Shown here piece after piece: positions 63,289 to 64,000 of a stretch of 64,000 nucleotides of DNA. A program made the position numbers and the translations under genes. The notes beneath the pieces are model-generated. The model was not told where the DNA came from. It made no database searches and saw nothing but the letters and a program-made list of their open reading frames with translations. Source of the stretch: Spizellomyces punctatus DAOM BR117 (Eukaryota); the NCBI GenBank assembly GCA_000182565.2, contig KQ257453.1. One strand, 5' to 3'. The number at the start of each line of letters is the position of its first letter. The first letter of the stretch is position 1.

Positions 63289-64000
63289 TCAGCTTTGAGT
63301 CACCTCCCCTATAGCGGCCAATGCTTCCGCTTTGCACAGATCGCGGTAAACTTTGAAATGGTGATTCAGGGACGGGTGAACGTGAATCTTGTAAGCACTA
63401 CCCAGGCCTCCGTGGCACTGACGAATTGCGTAAAACACGCGGGCAATACGAGAATGCACTAATGCCATAGAACACCTAACATAAACAATCAGAAGTCGAA
63501 CGTCCCTGCTGCAATGGGACGACGTCACTCACATGGCGCAGGGTTCGTTTATAAGATATAGGTCAAGACCGCTACAAAGATAGCCTGATTTATCTGCTCC
63601 AGCTGCAGGATTTACAACGGTCAGCAAACGACTCTCGGCTTCGCCGTCCATTAGCTTTCTCCTCTTTCCTGTTCCAACAAATTGTTTGGTGCAATTTGCA
63701 AGTTCACCATTACAATCTTCGTGGATCCCACTATCTGCGATTGTCGATTCGCTCTCGCGCTTTTTGCGCTCTCTTTCGGCGACAAGGGCGATACAATTCA
63801 TGACGGCATGGTGGAGTGGGTGATCGTTACGGGTATCGGTCGACGATGCAATTTTAGAGTTGGTGATCGGGGCAACTATAATGGCTACATTCACGATTTT
63901 GCCTTGTGCTCGCAATACTTTGGATTCTTCCAACGCATGTCGCATCCAAGTTTGTGCGCTTGCTACTTCCTCTTGCGTCAACGAAACGTTTTCCTTGCCA
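63289..64000 (-). CDS. TAD3: tRNA adenosine-34 deaminase non-catalytic subunit (5'-truncated by the window edge)
   Basis: HPLHHAVM (Val in place of the catalytic Glu), YLC, EPCAMCSMALVHSRI and LNHHFKVY. Confidence 0.93.

Noticed and set aside
1-64000. U12-type introns, tRNA or rRNA genes
   Set aside because: The GTATCCT/ATATCCT matches I checked fall in exons or at exon starts, and no tRNA or rRNA was recognised by eye. The search was not exhaustive.

Overview
Gene-dense, intron-rich eukaryotic DNA with short (about 50-70 nt) GT-AG introns. It is most consistent with a chytrid fungus, probably Spizellomyces or a relative; this is inferred from gene content (PINCH, dymeclin, PDCD7, tetraspanin, TSNAXIP1-like) and from the element below. 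About 33 protein-coding genes can be supported, mostly housekeeping: SRP receptor alpha, UTP10, SPC1, TPC1, PIG-C, HOM6, FAB1, eIF5A, tyrosine aminotransferase, HP1-like, ELP4, DPM3, cyclin L and TAD3. The most notable feature is a 747-bp element at 60815-61561. It has 28-bp terminal inverted repeats, TA flanks, a CATA motif at one end and a structured RNA at the other. This matches my recollection of Spizellomyces Fanzor (eukaryotic RNA-guided nuclease) ORF-less 'ghost' loci carrying an omegaRNA. Inside it lie a TATA box and a canonical intron pointing into the omegaRNA, and its guide comes from the 5' region of the adjacent gene. An identical solo copy of its TIR lies at 43887-43916. All homology calls are from motif recognition by eye, not database searches, and multi-exon gene ends are approximate where stated.
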